From the NCBI GenBank assembly GCA_963667465.2, contig CAXXDN010000002.1:1088001-1152000 (forward strand): a DNA stretch of 64,000 nucleotides, in the 5' to 3' direction. The position numbers and the translations under genes are program-made. This document shows, piece by piece, positions 44,035 to 53,072 of this stretch. Source of the DNA: Dehalococcoidia bacterium. GTDB taxonomy: Bacteria > Chloroflexota > Dehalococcoidia > UBA2979. Every line of letters begins with the position of its first letter. Positions within the stretch are counted from its first letter, which is position 1. The notes under the pieces were generated by a model. It saw only the letters and a list, made by a program, of their open reading frames with translations, did not search any database and had not been told where the DNA came from.

Positions 44035-44981
44035 GCGAACAAGCCCCAGACGCCATCACCAACAACGTGCTGACGCATGGTGACCAATCTGGCCCGCTGA
44101 AGGTCATCGCCGGAACGCCCGACACCCCACTGATAATCGATGATGTCGAGATCCCCTGCTACGTGCTGGAGGATGAAACGCGCGTACTCAGCGAGCGAGG
44201 GTTCCTGTCGGGCATTGGGCGCTCTGAGAGCAGTCCCGGCAGGCCACAGAGCGGCGCCGACAAGCTCCCCGGATTCCTGTCCGCGAATAACCTAAGGCCC
44301 TTTCTTGACAAGGCGATTACCGTCCCGACAACCCCCATCGTTTTTCAGCTTCCACGGGGCGGGCGGACGGCCTACGGCTATCCTGCGATCCTCTTGCCGC
44401 AGGTCTGTCGGGTGTACCTCAACGCACGCCGGGCGGGCGCACTCTTGCCGTCGCAGCTGCATATCGCTGAACGCGCCGAGATACTCACTCTGGGTTTGGC
44501 CAACGTCGGGATCATCGCGCTTGTTGACGAGGCTACGGGCTACCAGCGCATTCGCGAGGAGCGCGCACTCGCCACCATCCTCGAGAAGTTCATCGCCGAT
44601 GAGTACCACAAGTGGACCCGTACATTCCCGTACGAGTTCTACGCCCAAATCTTTAGGCTCAAGAAGTGGGAAGACCCGGGAAGCGGCAGGCGTCCCAGCG
44701 TGATTGGCCACTACACCAACGATATCGTCTACGAGCGCATCGCCCCGGGCCTCCTCGACGAGCTCAGGCGCCTCAACCCCAGGCTGCCACGGGGCTGGCG
44801 CAGGAACCGACATCATCAATGGTTCACCGAAGACTACGGGCATCCGCGCCTCGGGGAACATATCCACGCAGTGATCGCGCTGATGCGGATCTCCCACACA
44901 TGGCACTCATTCATGAATCGACTCGATGCTGCGTTCCCCAGGCAGGACAAGACTATCGCGATGGCCTTAGACGGCGACTAG
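44031..44981 (+). CDS. P63C-domain protein (phage Mx8 p63-like)
   Basis: 'IPCYVLED.TRVLS', 'GLANVGIIALVDEATGYQ', 'W..TFP.EFY.QIFRL', 'YTNDIVYERIAPG', 'RHHQWFT'; lower GC. Confidence 0.9.
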   Translation: MSEQAPDAITNNVLTHGDQSGPLKVIAGTPDTPLIIDDVEIPCYVLEDETRVLSERGFLSGIGRSESSPGRPQSGADKLPGFLSANNLRPFLDKAITVPTTPIVFQLPRGGRTAYGYPAILLPQVCRVYLNARRAGALLPSQLHIAERAEILTLGLANVGIIALVDEATGYQRIREERALATILEKFIADEYHKWTRTFPYEFYAQIFRLKKWEDPGSGRRPSVIGHYTNDIVYERIAPGLLDELRRLNPRLPRGWRRNRHHQWFTEDYGHPRLGEHIHAVIALMRISHTWHSFMNRLDAAFPRQDKTIAMALDGD

Positions 44982-45010
44982 CGTTCCCGGAAAACGGCTA
45001 CGCTGCCCCC

Positions 45011-45316
45011 ATGATCGACCGAGTGGTCCCCGTCCGCGTGCGCGGTGAGCGCCTCCTGGTCCGGGTGCAGCAGCAGACGTGCGACGAGGGCGGCGCCGGC
45101 CGCGCGCTGCTCAAGGGGCCGCCCGAGGCGCTACGACGCCTCGAGGGCTACACCTTCGCCGAGGACGGGCGCGCCGTGAGGCTCGCCGGGGTGCGGCTTG
45201 CGCCGCCGCCAGACCGCGGCGAGGCCTGGCTCGCCTTCGCCGATCTGCGCCTCGCCGCGGCAGATTCAGCACAGGCGGATAGCCCCTCCGACAGAGGGCC
45301 GCTACGATCGTCCTGA
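45011..45316 (+). CDS. Hypothetical protein
   Basis: 101 aa, host-like codons, TACGCT 6 nt upstream of the ATG. Confidence 0.5.
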   Translation: MIDRVVPVRVRGERLLVRVQQQTCDEGGAGRALLKGPPEALRRLEGYTFAEDGRAVRLAGVRLAPPPDRGEAWLAFADLRLAAADSAQADSPSDRGPLRSS

Positions 45317-45350
45317 CCATCCGCTATCGCCGCCGCTCCGGAGGCCTCGC

Positions 45351-47666
45351 ATGACCCTGTCCGCCATCACCGGCTACCCGCGCATCGGTCCGCGGCGCGA
45401 GCTCAAGCGCGCCGTCGAGCGCTACTGGGACGGCAGGGTGGAGCTCGATTCCCTCGCCGAGACCGGACGCGCGCTGCGCCTCGAGGGCTGGCGGCGCATG
45501 CGCGAGGCGGGCATCGACCTCATCCCCTCGAATACCTTCTCCCACTACGACCACGTGCTCGACGCGATCGCGATGGTCGGCGCGGTGCCGCCCCGCTACG
45601 AGGACAGCGGCGAGGGCGAGGTGGACACCGGCACCTACTTCGCGATGGCGCGCGGCGCCCAGCGCGAGGGCCTCGACGTGACGGCGATGGAGATGATCAA
45701 GTGGTTCGACACGAACTACCACTACATCGTCCCCGAGCTCGGCGCGCACACGCGCTTCCGGCTCGCCTCGCGCAAGCCGCTCGACGAGTACCGCGAGGCG
45801 CGCGAGGCGGGCATCGAGACGGTGCCGGTGCTGCTCGGCCCGCTCTCGCTCCTCCTGCTCGGCAAGGGCGTCGGCGAGGACGGCCACCAGGACCCCACCT
45901 TCGACCGGCTCTCGCTGCTGCCGGCGCTGCTCGACGTCTACGAGCAGGTCGTCGCGCTGCTGCGTGACGCCGGCGCGCAGTGGATCCAGCTCGACGAGCC
46001 GGTGCTCGTACAAGACCGCACGCCCGGGGAGCTCGCCTCCCTCGCAACGGCGTACGACCGCCTGGCCGCCGCCTCCGGCAGTACGAAGCTGCTGGTGCAG
46101 ACCTACTTCGGCGATGTCGACGAGTCGTTCGGCGCGCTCGCCGGCCTGCCGGTTGAGGCGATCGGCCTCGACCTCGTGCGCGGGCAGCGCAACCTCGGGC
46201 TACTGCAGCGCCACGGGCTGCCCGGCGGCAAGCACGTCGTCGCAGGCGTCGTGGACGGGCGCAACGTCTGGATCAACGACCTCGACGCCTCGCTCGCTAC
46301 ACTGCGCGAGGTCGGCGCGGCCGTCGGCAACGACCGCGTGATCGCAGGCGCCTCCTGCTCCCTGCTGCACGTCCCCATCGAACTCGACCTCGAAACCCAA
46401 CTCGACCCCGAGCTGCGCTCCTGGCTCGCCTTCGCCAACCAGAAGATCGACGAGGTCGCCGCGCTCGCCCGCGCCTTCGAGGACCCGAACGCCGCGGCCG
46501 ACGAGCTGGCCGCCAACCGCGCCGCCCTCGAGTCGCGGCGCAACTCCCCGCGCACTCACGACCCGGCCGTGCGCGAGCGCGTCGCGGCCACCTCGGAAGC
46601 CGACTACAGCCGCGACGGCAGCGTCGAGGAGCGCCGCCGCGCCCAGCGCGAGCGGCTGCGCCTGCCCGAGTTCCCGACGACGACGATCGGGTCTTTCCCG
46701 CAGACGCCGGAGATCCGCCGCGCCCGCCGCCGCCGCAACAGCGGCGAAATCGACGAGGCCGAGTACGAGACCTTCATCGAGGCCGAGATCACGCGTGTGA
46801 TCCGGCTCCAGGAGGAGACCGGGCTGGACCTGCTGGTGCACGGCGAGTCGGAGCGCAACGACATGGTCGAGTACTTCGGCGAGCAGCTCGCCGGGTTCGC
46901 CTTCACGCGCTTCGGCTGGGTGCAGTCCTACGGCTCACGCAACGTGAAGCCGCCGATCATCTACGGCGACGTGGCCCGGCCGGGCCCGATGACCGTGCGC
47001 TGGTCTGCCTACGCGCAGTCGGTCACCGACCGCCCGGTGAAGGGCATGCTGACCGGGCCGGTCACGATCCTCAACTGGTCGTTCGTGCGCGACGACCAGC
47101 CGCGCGGCGAGACCTGCCGCCAGATCGCGCTCGCGATCCGCGAGGAGGTCGCCGACCTCGAGGCGGCGGGCATCGCCGTGATCCAGGTCGATGAGCCGGC
47201 GCTGCGCGAGGGCGTCCCGCTGCGGCGCGCGGACTGGCCCGCCTACCTCGGCTGGTCGGTCCCCTGCTTCCGGCTCGCCACGGCCGGGGCGACGGACTCG
47301 ACGCAGATCCAGTCCCACATGTGCTACGTGCCGCTGCGCGACGTGCTGGACGCAGTCTCCGACATGGAGGCCGACGTGATGCTGCTCTTCAACGCCCGCT
47401 CCGACGCCGAGGGCCTCGACGCGTTCCGCGACCACGGTTATGACAAGGAAGTCGGCCTCGGCGTCTACGACATCCACTCGCCGCGCGTGCCCTCGACCGA
47501 GGAAATGGCGAGCAGCCTGCGCAACGCCGCCACGGTGCTCGACCCCGACCTGCTCTGGGTGAACCCCGACTGCGGCCTCAAGACCCGCCGCTACGAGGAG
47601 GTCGTTCCGGCCCTCGAGCACATGGTCGAGGCCGCGCGCGCCGTGCGGGCGGACGCCTCGACGTAG
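45351..47666 (+). CDS. metE: Cobalamin-independent methionine synthase
   Basis: 'GYPRIG..RELK', 'KWFDTNYHY', 'PTTTIGSFPQT', 'HGESERNDMVEYF', 'HMCY', 'NPDCGLKTR'. Confidence 0.96.
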   Translation: MTLSAITGYPRIGPRRELKRAVERYWDGRVELDSLAETGRALRLEGWRRMREAGIDLIPSNTFSHYDHVLDAIAMVGAVPPRYEDSGEGEVDTGTYFAMARGAQREGLDVTAMEMIKWFDTNYHYIVPELGAHTRFRLASRKPLDEYREAREAGIETVPVLLGPLSLLLLGKGVGEDGHQDPTFDRLSLLPALLDVYEQVVALLRDAGAQWIQLDEPVLVQDRTPGELASLATAYDRLAAASGSTKLLVQTYFGDVDESFGALAGLPVEAIGLDLVRGQRNLGLLQRHGLPGGKHVVAGVVDGRNVWINDLDASLATLREVGAAVGNDRVIAGASCSLLHVPIELDLETQLDPELRSWLAFANQKIDEVAALARAFEDPNAAADELAANRAALESRRNSPRTHDPAVRERVAATSEADYSRDGSVEERRRAQRERLRLPEFPTTTIGSFPQTPEIRRARRRRNSGEIDEAEYETFIEAEITRVIRLQEETGLDLLVHGESERNDMVEYFGEQLAGFAFTRFGWVQSYGSRNVKPPIIYGDVARPGPMTVRWSAYAQSVTDRPVKGMLTGPVTILNWSFVRDDQPRGETCRQIALAIREEVADLEAAGIAVIQVDEPALREGVPLRRADWPAYLGWSVPCFRLATAGATDSTQIQSHMCYVPLRDVLDAVSDMEADVMLLFNARSDAEGLDAFRDHGYDKEVGLGVYDIHSPRVPSTEEMASSLRNAATVLDPDLLWVNPDCGLKTRRYEEVVPALEHMVEAARAVRADAST

Positions 47667-47734
47667 CCTGTCGAACCGGTTTCGCCCCTCGCGGGCCGTA
47701 TAGTCTCTCCGCGAACACCAGACGGAGGTGCACG

Positions 47735-48571
47735 ATGCGCGATCTGGACGGCCGAGTGGCCCTCGTGAGCGGCGGCGGCAGCGGCATCGGCCGCGGGATC
47801 GCGATCGCGCTGGCCGGCGAGGGCATGCGCGTCGTGGTCGCGGATGTCGAGCGCGGCGCCGCCGGGGCGGTGGCGGCGGAACTCGTCGCCTCGGGCGCCG
47901 AGGCGAGCGCCGAGGTGGTCGACGTGAGCGACGTCGCGGCCGTCGAGGCGCTGGCCGACCGCTGCGATGAGCGTTACGGCGGCGTCGACGTGCTCTGCAA
48001 CAACGCCGGCGTGGTCGGCCAGACACCGATCGGGCCGGACAGCCTCGAGAGCTGGCGCTGGATCCTCGACGTCAATCTCTTCGGCGTCGTGCATGCGATC
48101 AACACCTTCGTGCCGCGCATGCGTGCCCGGGTGGCCGCGAGCGGCGGCGAGGCGCACATCGTCAACACCTCGTCGCTCGGCGGCGGCCTGATCGCGGGCG
48201 ACGGTTGGGAGATCACCGCCTACCGCGCCTCGAAATTCGCGATCGTGGGCATGAGCCGCGACCTGCGCAACGAACTGGCCGGGAGTAGCATCGGCGTCTC
48301 GGTGCTCTGCCCCGGCGCGGTCGAGACGCGGATCTGGCAGGCGGGCCGCAACAGGCCGGCCGAGCGTGGCGGGCCGGAGACCTGGGAGCGGCCGAGCCGC
48401 CTCGAGGGCGAGCGCGTGATCGGCCCGCTCGAAGCCGGACGGCGCGCGCTGCACGCGATCCGCGAGAACGAGCTCTATGCGATCACACACCCGGAGCGAA
48501 AGTTCCAAGTGGCAGCCGGTACGCAGGAGCTGTTGGACGCCTTCGACCAGGCAGCGAACACCCCCGTCTAG
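47735..48571 (+). CDS. SDR oxidoreductase, paralogue 1
   Basis: SGGGSGIG, NNAG, 'VNTSS', YRASK. Confidence 0.93.
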   Translation: MRDLDGRVALVSGGGSGIGRGIAIALAGEGMRVVVADVERGAAGAVAAELVASGAEASAEVVDVSDVAAVEALADRCDERYGGVDVLCNNAGVVGQTPIGPDSLESWRWILDVNLFGVVHAINTFVPRMRARVAASGGEAHIVNTSSLGGGLIAGDGWEITAYRASKFAIVGMSRDLRNELAGSSIGVSVLCPGAVETRIWQAGRNRPAERGGPETWERPSRLEGERVIGPLEAGRRALHAIRENELYAITHPERKFQVAAGTQELLDAFDQAANTPV

Positions 48572-49401
48572 TGCAGAACCTCGAAGGCCGCGTCGCGCTC
48601 GTCATCGGCGGTGGCGGCGGCATCGGCCGTGGGATCACCCTTGCGCTCGCGGGCGAGGGCATGCGTGTCGTGGTCGCCGACATCGAGGCGGACTCCGCCG
48701 GGGCGGTGGCGGCCGAGCTCGCCGCCTCGGGCGCCGAGGCGAGCGCCGAGGCCGTTGACGTGAGCGACGCGGCCGCCGTCGAGGCGCTGGCGGAGCACTG
48801 CTTCGCGCGCTACGGCGGCGTGGACGTGCTCTGCAACAACGCCGGCGTGGTCGGCCCCACCCGGCTCGGACCGGCGAGCCTCGACAACTGGCGCTGGATC
48901 GTCGACGTCAACGTCCTCGGCGTGGTGCACGTGATTAACGCCTTCGTGCCACGGATGCTCGCCCGGATCGGCGACCGCAGCGGCGAGGCGCACATCGTCA
49001 CCGCCTCGTCCATCGCGGGCCTGATCTCTGGGCTGGGCTGGGAGATCTCGGCGTACCGCGCGTCGCAGCTCGCGATCGTCGGGATGACCCGGGATTTGCG
49101 CAACGAGCTGGCCGGCAGCGGAATCGGGGTCACCGTGCTCTGCCCCGGCGCGGTCGCCACTCGCATGTGGCAGGCGGGCCGCAACCGCCCGGCCAAGCAC
49201 GGCGGGCCCGAGGCGTACGAGCGGCCCGGCGCCCTCGACGGCCGCGTGATCGACGCCCTCGAGGTCGGACGCCGCGCCCTGCACGCGATTCGCGAGAACG
49301 AGCTCTACGCGATGACCCACCCGGAACGGCGCGATGTCGTCGAAGCGGCCGTGCGTGAGCAGCTCGACGCCTTCGATCGGGCGGCGGAGACGCCGGTCTA
49401 A
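48571..49401 (+). CDS. SDR oxidoreductase, paralogue 2 (YxxxK changed to YxxxQ)
   Basis: GGGGGIG, NNAG, 'VTASS', YRASQ; TAGTG overlap with paralogue 1. Confidence 0.92.
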   Translation: MQNLEGRVALVIGGGGGIGRGITLALAGEGMRVVVADIEADSAGAVAAELAASGAEASAEAVDVSDAAAVEALAEHCFARYGGVDVLCNNAGVVGPTRLGPASLDNWRWIVDVNVLGVVHVINAFVPRMLARIGDRSGEAHIVTASSIAGLISGLGWEISAYRASQLAIVGMTRDLRNELAGSGIGVTVLCPGAVATRMWQAGRNRPAKHGGPEAYERPGALDGRVIDALEVGRRALHAIRENELYAMTHPERRDVVEAAVREQLDAFDRAAETPV

Positions 49402-49504
49402 CCTTGCCCGGTGTCGCGCCGCCCTCGTGTTTGCTGGACGAGCGTGGGCGGTGTACAAGGGCTTCGGTAGAGCAAGACCGGTTCAAACTGTGGATGCGGT
49501 GACG

Positions 49505-49945
49505 ATGCAGTACGTGAGATTCGCGGCGGCGTTCGTGGTGTACACAGTCATCGACGTGGGTTGGAACGTGTCGCCCCTCGCGCGCGGGATGTACGACAGT
49601 CTGTACGAGGCCAGCGGCAACGATGCGCTCCTGGACAGCTTCGGAAAGGACACGTGGGGCGGGGGCGAGATCCTCGCCTTGCTCGCGTTCCTTGCGCTGA
49701 TTGCACTCGGCAACAGCTACCTGGCGATTGAGCCGGCAGTGAAGGAGCGGAGCCTCCGCAGGGCGATGAAGAACAGTGTTGTCCTGGGCTGCGCCGCCTA
49801 CGCCACGTACATCGTGCCGATCTTCCTCATGATGTCCACCTGGCCCGCCGTCCTGGTGCCGATAGACATTCTCATCGGAGGCCTGCTCAGCCTGATCACG
49901 TCGACGGTTGTCACCTACGTGACCCTCCGCCGGAGCAGTTCCTGA
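49505..49945 (+). CDS. DUF2177-like membrane protein
   Basis: 'IDVGW', 'LGCAAYATY', 'WPAVLVPIDILIGG'; 4 TM helices. Confidence 0.7.
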   Translation: MQYVRFAAAFVVYTVIDVGWNVSPLARGMYDSLYEASGNDALLDSFGKDTWGGGEILALLAFLALIALGNSYLAIEPAVKERSLRRAMKNSVVLGCAAYATYIVPIFLMMSTWPAVLVPIDILIGGLLSLITSTVVTYVTLRRSSS

Positions 49946-50089
49946 CGTTCCCCAACAACCCGGCGCCACGCCGGGAGAGCCCCGCGCTCCCGCGGGATCG
50001 AGGCGGCCGCCGCGACAGGCTGGATGCCCTCGACCAGGAGGCAGCGACGCCCGCCTGACGGGCGCCTGCCTGGGCCGTTGCGGGAGCCC

Positions 50090-51229
50090 TCAATAGACGC
50101 CGGGGAAGATCCGGTACTTCACGCGGGCCTGGTACTCCGCCCACTTCCCGGCGCCGTACTTCTCCGCGCAGTACCCATCGTCGAAGCGCTGCCGGAAGGT
50201 GAACAGCGTGACGATGAAGGCGAAGTAGGTCCAGGCCCAGGGATTGGCGAAGTGGCCGAATACCAGTGCAATGGACAGGGACAGGAACCCCTCGCCCATG
50301 TAGTTGAAGTGGCGGGCGACCCCCCAGAAGCCACTGGTGAGGATCTTGCGGTCGCCGGCCGCGATGTACTCGGGTTCGATCAGACCGAGGAACTTGCGCT
50401 CCGGCCAGCGCTTGAACGTGTACTTCTGCAGGTTGGCGCCGCGCGAGATGCCCCACCCGAGCAGGAACAGCGTCGCCGTCCCGATCAGCCAGACATACGT
50501 CCATGCCGTCGAGAATCCGGGGTCCGGATGGGCGGCCATGCCCCACAGCGGGAGGATGAACAGCCACCCGTAGACGATGAGGCCGCCCCAGAACAGCTTG
50601 AAGCCGAGATTCTCGTGGATCAGGTCGTAGGTGTAGAGCTGGACGCGCTCGAAGATGAAGTAGTCGAGGATGTAGAACGTGAAGAACGCCGCGTAGAGGT
50701 ACACGCCCGGGTTGGCGTTGTCGCCGAAGAGTTCGTGGTGGTACGCGGCCCCGGAGAGGGCATTGAGCGCCAACATCGTCCCGCCGACGACGTAGAACCA
50801 CATCTTGATATCGATCCGCTCGTTGAAGAACGACAGCTCCTGGGCCCGCCCGTCCCACAGATCGACGATGAAGTTTCGTTCCTCGCGCTTCGGCTGGGTA
50901 TAGACCGCGATGACCGTGAAGATCGTCGCGAAGACCGTTCCCCCCGCCACGGCATAGACCGAGGCCCGGTAGAACCAGTCACGCGGTATCCCGGTGATCT
51001 CGGTCCACCAGACGATCAGCGCGATCGCAAACACGAGCAGCCCGTTGAGCCGATAGTTGCGAGGCTCACCCGTCGCCGTGTTGATGACGTAGCCGGGCAC
51101 GCGCCTGGCCGGTAGCAGGAACTGCGCCACGAAGAACACGGCGAAGATCGCCAGCGGGCTGAAGAACGCGACGATTGCTTCCGTCCGGGAAAGCTCGAAC
51201 AGGTGAGCAATCCCAAGCCAGTCGATCAT
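50090..51229 (-). CDS. ERG4/ERG24-family sterol reductase (delta14/delta7-reductase-like)
   Basis: 'YRLNG', 'DLIHENLGFKLFWG', 'RGANLQKYTFK', 'LTSGFWGVARHFNYMGE', 'RFDDGYCAEKYG..WAEY..VKYRIFPGVY'. Confidence 0.92.
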   Translation of the reverse strand: MIDWLGIAHLFELSRTEAIVAFFSPLAIFAVFFVAQFLLPARRVPGYVINTATGEPRNYRLNGLLVFAIALIVWWTEITGIPRDWFYRASVYAVAGGTVFATIFTVIAVYTQPKREERNFIVDLWDGRAQELSFFNERIDIKMWFYVVGGTMLALNALSGAAYHHELFGDNANPGVYLYAAFFTFYILDYFIFERVQLYTYDLIHENLGFKLFWGGLIVYGWLFILPLWGMAAHPDPGFSTAWTYVWLIGTATLFLLGWGISRGANLQKYTFKRWPERKFLGLIEPEYIAAGDRKILTSGFWGVARHFNYMGEGFLSLSIALVFGHFANPWAWTYFAFIVTLFTFRQRFDDGYCAEKYGAGKWAEYQARVKYRIFPGVY

Positions 51230-51337
51230 GATCGGAGAACCCTTCGCGGTGTGCTGCAGCTGGGTGTGAGTCTACCCGTGGCGCGATCGCGGTGCCCGTA
51301 TAGTGCCTCCCACGAGACCTGAGCGCGGAGGTGCGTG

Positions 51338-52174
51338 ATGCGTGAGCTGGACGGGCGCGTCGCCCTCGTGACGGGCGGAGGCAGCGGCATCGGCCGCGGG
51401 ATCGCGATCGCGCTGGCCGGCGCGGGTATGCGCCTGGTGCTCGCCGACATCGAGCCGGACGCCGCCACAGCGGTCGCGGCGGAGATTGCCGCCTCTGGCG
51501 GCGAGGCGAGCGCTGAGACCCTCGATGTCACCGACCCGGAAGCCGTCGAGGCGCTGGCCGAGCGTTGCTACGGGCAGCACGGCGGCGTGGACGTGCTGTG
51601 CAACAACGCGGGCGTCCTGGGCCCCACGCCGGCCGGACCGGACAGCCTCGACAACTGGCGCTGGGTCCTCGACGTCAACGTCCTCGGCGTCGTGCATGTA
51701 ACCAACGCCTTCGTGCCGCGCATGCGCGCGAGCGTCGGCGAGCGGGGCGGGGAGGCACACGTGGTCAACACCGCCTCGATCGGCGGCCTGATCGCGGGTG
51801 ACAGGTGGCTGATCAGCGCCTACATCGCCTCGAAGTTCGCGGTGGTGGGCCTGAGCCGGAACCTGCGCGGCGAGCTGGCAGGCAGCGGCATCGGCGTCTC
51901 GGTGGTCTGCCCCGGCGGCGTCGAGACGCGCATCTGGGAGGCCGGACGCAACCGGCCCGCTGAATACGGTGGGCCCGAGGCGTACGAGTGGCCGGACCGC
52001 ATCGCCCGATCGCGGCCGATTGACCCGCTGCTGGTCGGACGTCACGTGCTGCGGGCGATCCGCGAGGACGAGTTCTTCGTGATCACTCACACGGAAGGGC
52101 GGGGGACCATCGAGGCAGACGCGCGCGAAGTGATCGAGGCGTTTGATCGCGCGGACCGGGATCCGCTCGACTAA
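51338..52174 (+). CDS. SDR oxidoreductase, paralogue 3
   Basis: TGGGSGIG, NNAG, 'VNTAS', YIASK. Confidence 0.93.
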   Translation: MRELDGRVALVTGGGSGIGRGIAIALAGAGMRLVLADIEPDAATAVAAEIAASGGEASAETLDVTDPEAVEALAERCYGQHGGVDVLCNNAGVLGPTPAGPDSLDNWRWVLDVNVLGVVHVTNAFVPRMRASVGERGGEAHVVNTASIGGLIAGDRWLISAYIASKFAVVGLSRNLRGELAGSGIGVSVVCPGGVETRIWEAGRNRPAEYGGPEAYEWPDRIARSRPIDPLLVGRHVLRAIREDEFFVITHTEGRGTIEADAREVIEAFDRADRDPLD

Positions 52175-52208
52175 GCATCGAGGGCTGCGGACATGGGAGG
52201 GTTGCAAG

Positions 52209-53036
52209 ATGAAGGAAGCTATTCGCGCGCACGTCATCGCCGGGGGCTTCCCGCCGGGTAGGCCCGCCGGGCACGACCACGACTACGCACGGCTGCGCAT
52301 CCTCGAGCAGCTCAAAGAGCGTGACTACGTCCACACCACCGTCTCCGGGGACTACACGGACATCGAGAAGTGGCTGCCCGATTGCAAGTTGCTCGTCACC
52401 TACGTCGCCGGGCCCTTCGCCGACGAGCACGGCAACACGGTGCTGCGCCAGTGGATCGAGGCCGGGGGCCGCTGGCTGGCGCTGCACGGCAGCAGTGGCG
52501 GCAAGGCAGTGCGCCGAACCGATACGACCAAGCGCGAGATGGTGAAGCTGCCCTACCACGACACGCTCGGAGGCTTCTTCCTCAGCCACCCGCCAATCCG
52601 CAAGTTCCGCGTCGACCTCGTGGACGCGCAGCACCCGCTGACCCGCGGCCTGCCCGAGTCCTTCGAGACGATCGATGAGCCATACATGGTCGAGCTGCAG
52701 GCGCCGGAGCGCAGCCAGCTGCTGCTCACCGCCGACTGGGGCGAGGTCGACCCGAACGCGCCGACCGGCTTCTACTTCGAACGCGACACGACGCTGCTCC
52801 CGAACGGCGGCAGCACGAAGCGAGCAATCGCCTTCGTGCGAGAGCTTGGCGCGGGCGGCGTCGCCTACACCACGCTCGGCCACTGCCACACGCCGACGAC
52901 GAACACCCAGCGCCTCGTACACGAGAATGTCGCGGCAGATCGCAAGCCGCCGCTGCACCTGCTCGGCTCGTGGGAGACCGAGGGCTTCCGCACGCTGCTG
53001 CGCAACGGCATCGCCTGGGGCCTCGGCGAGGACTAG
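52209..53036 (+). CDS. ThuA-like (class I GATase-like) domain protein
   Basis: 'GHDHDYARL', 'WIEAGGRWLALHG', 'LGGFFLSHP', 'DEPY', 'VAYTTLGH'. Confidence 0.8.
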   Translation: MKEAIRAHVIAGGFPPGRPAGHDHDYARLRILEQLKERDYVHTTVSGDYTDIEKWLPDCKLLVTYVAGPFADEHGNTVLRQWIEAGGRWLALHGSSGGKAVRRTDTTKREMVKLPYHDTLGGFFLSHPPIRKFRVDLVDAQHPLTRGLPESFETIDEPYMVELQAPERSQLLLTADWGEVDPNAPTGFYFERDTTLLPNGGSTKRAIAFVRELGAGGVAYTTLGHCHTPTTNTQRLVHENVAADRKPPLHLLGSWETEGFRTLLRNGIAWGLGED

Positions 53037-53072
53037 CATGTCCGGGCCCCGGCTGCCCGCGAGGAGGCGCAC

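Noticed and set aside
45200-45350. Expected cobalamin or SAM riboswitch upstream of metE
   Set aside because: No recognisable conserved core; the space is occupied by a small ORF, a TACGAT -10 and a GGAGG SD.
49975-50005. gagagccccgcgctcccgcgggatcga resembles a type I-E CRISPR repeat (similar bits near 12850 and 6700)
   Set aside because: Single degenerate copies, no repeat-spacer periodicity and no cas genes.
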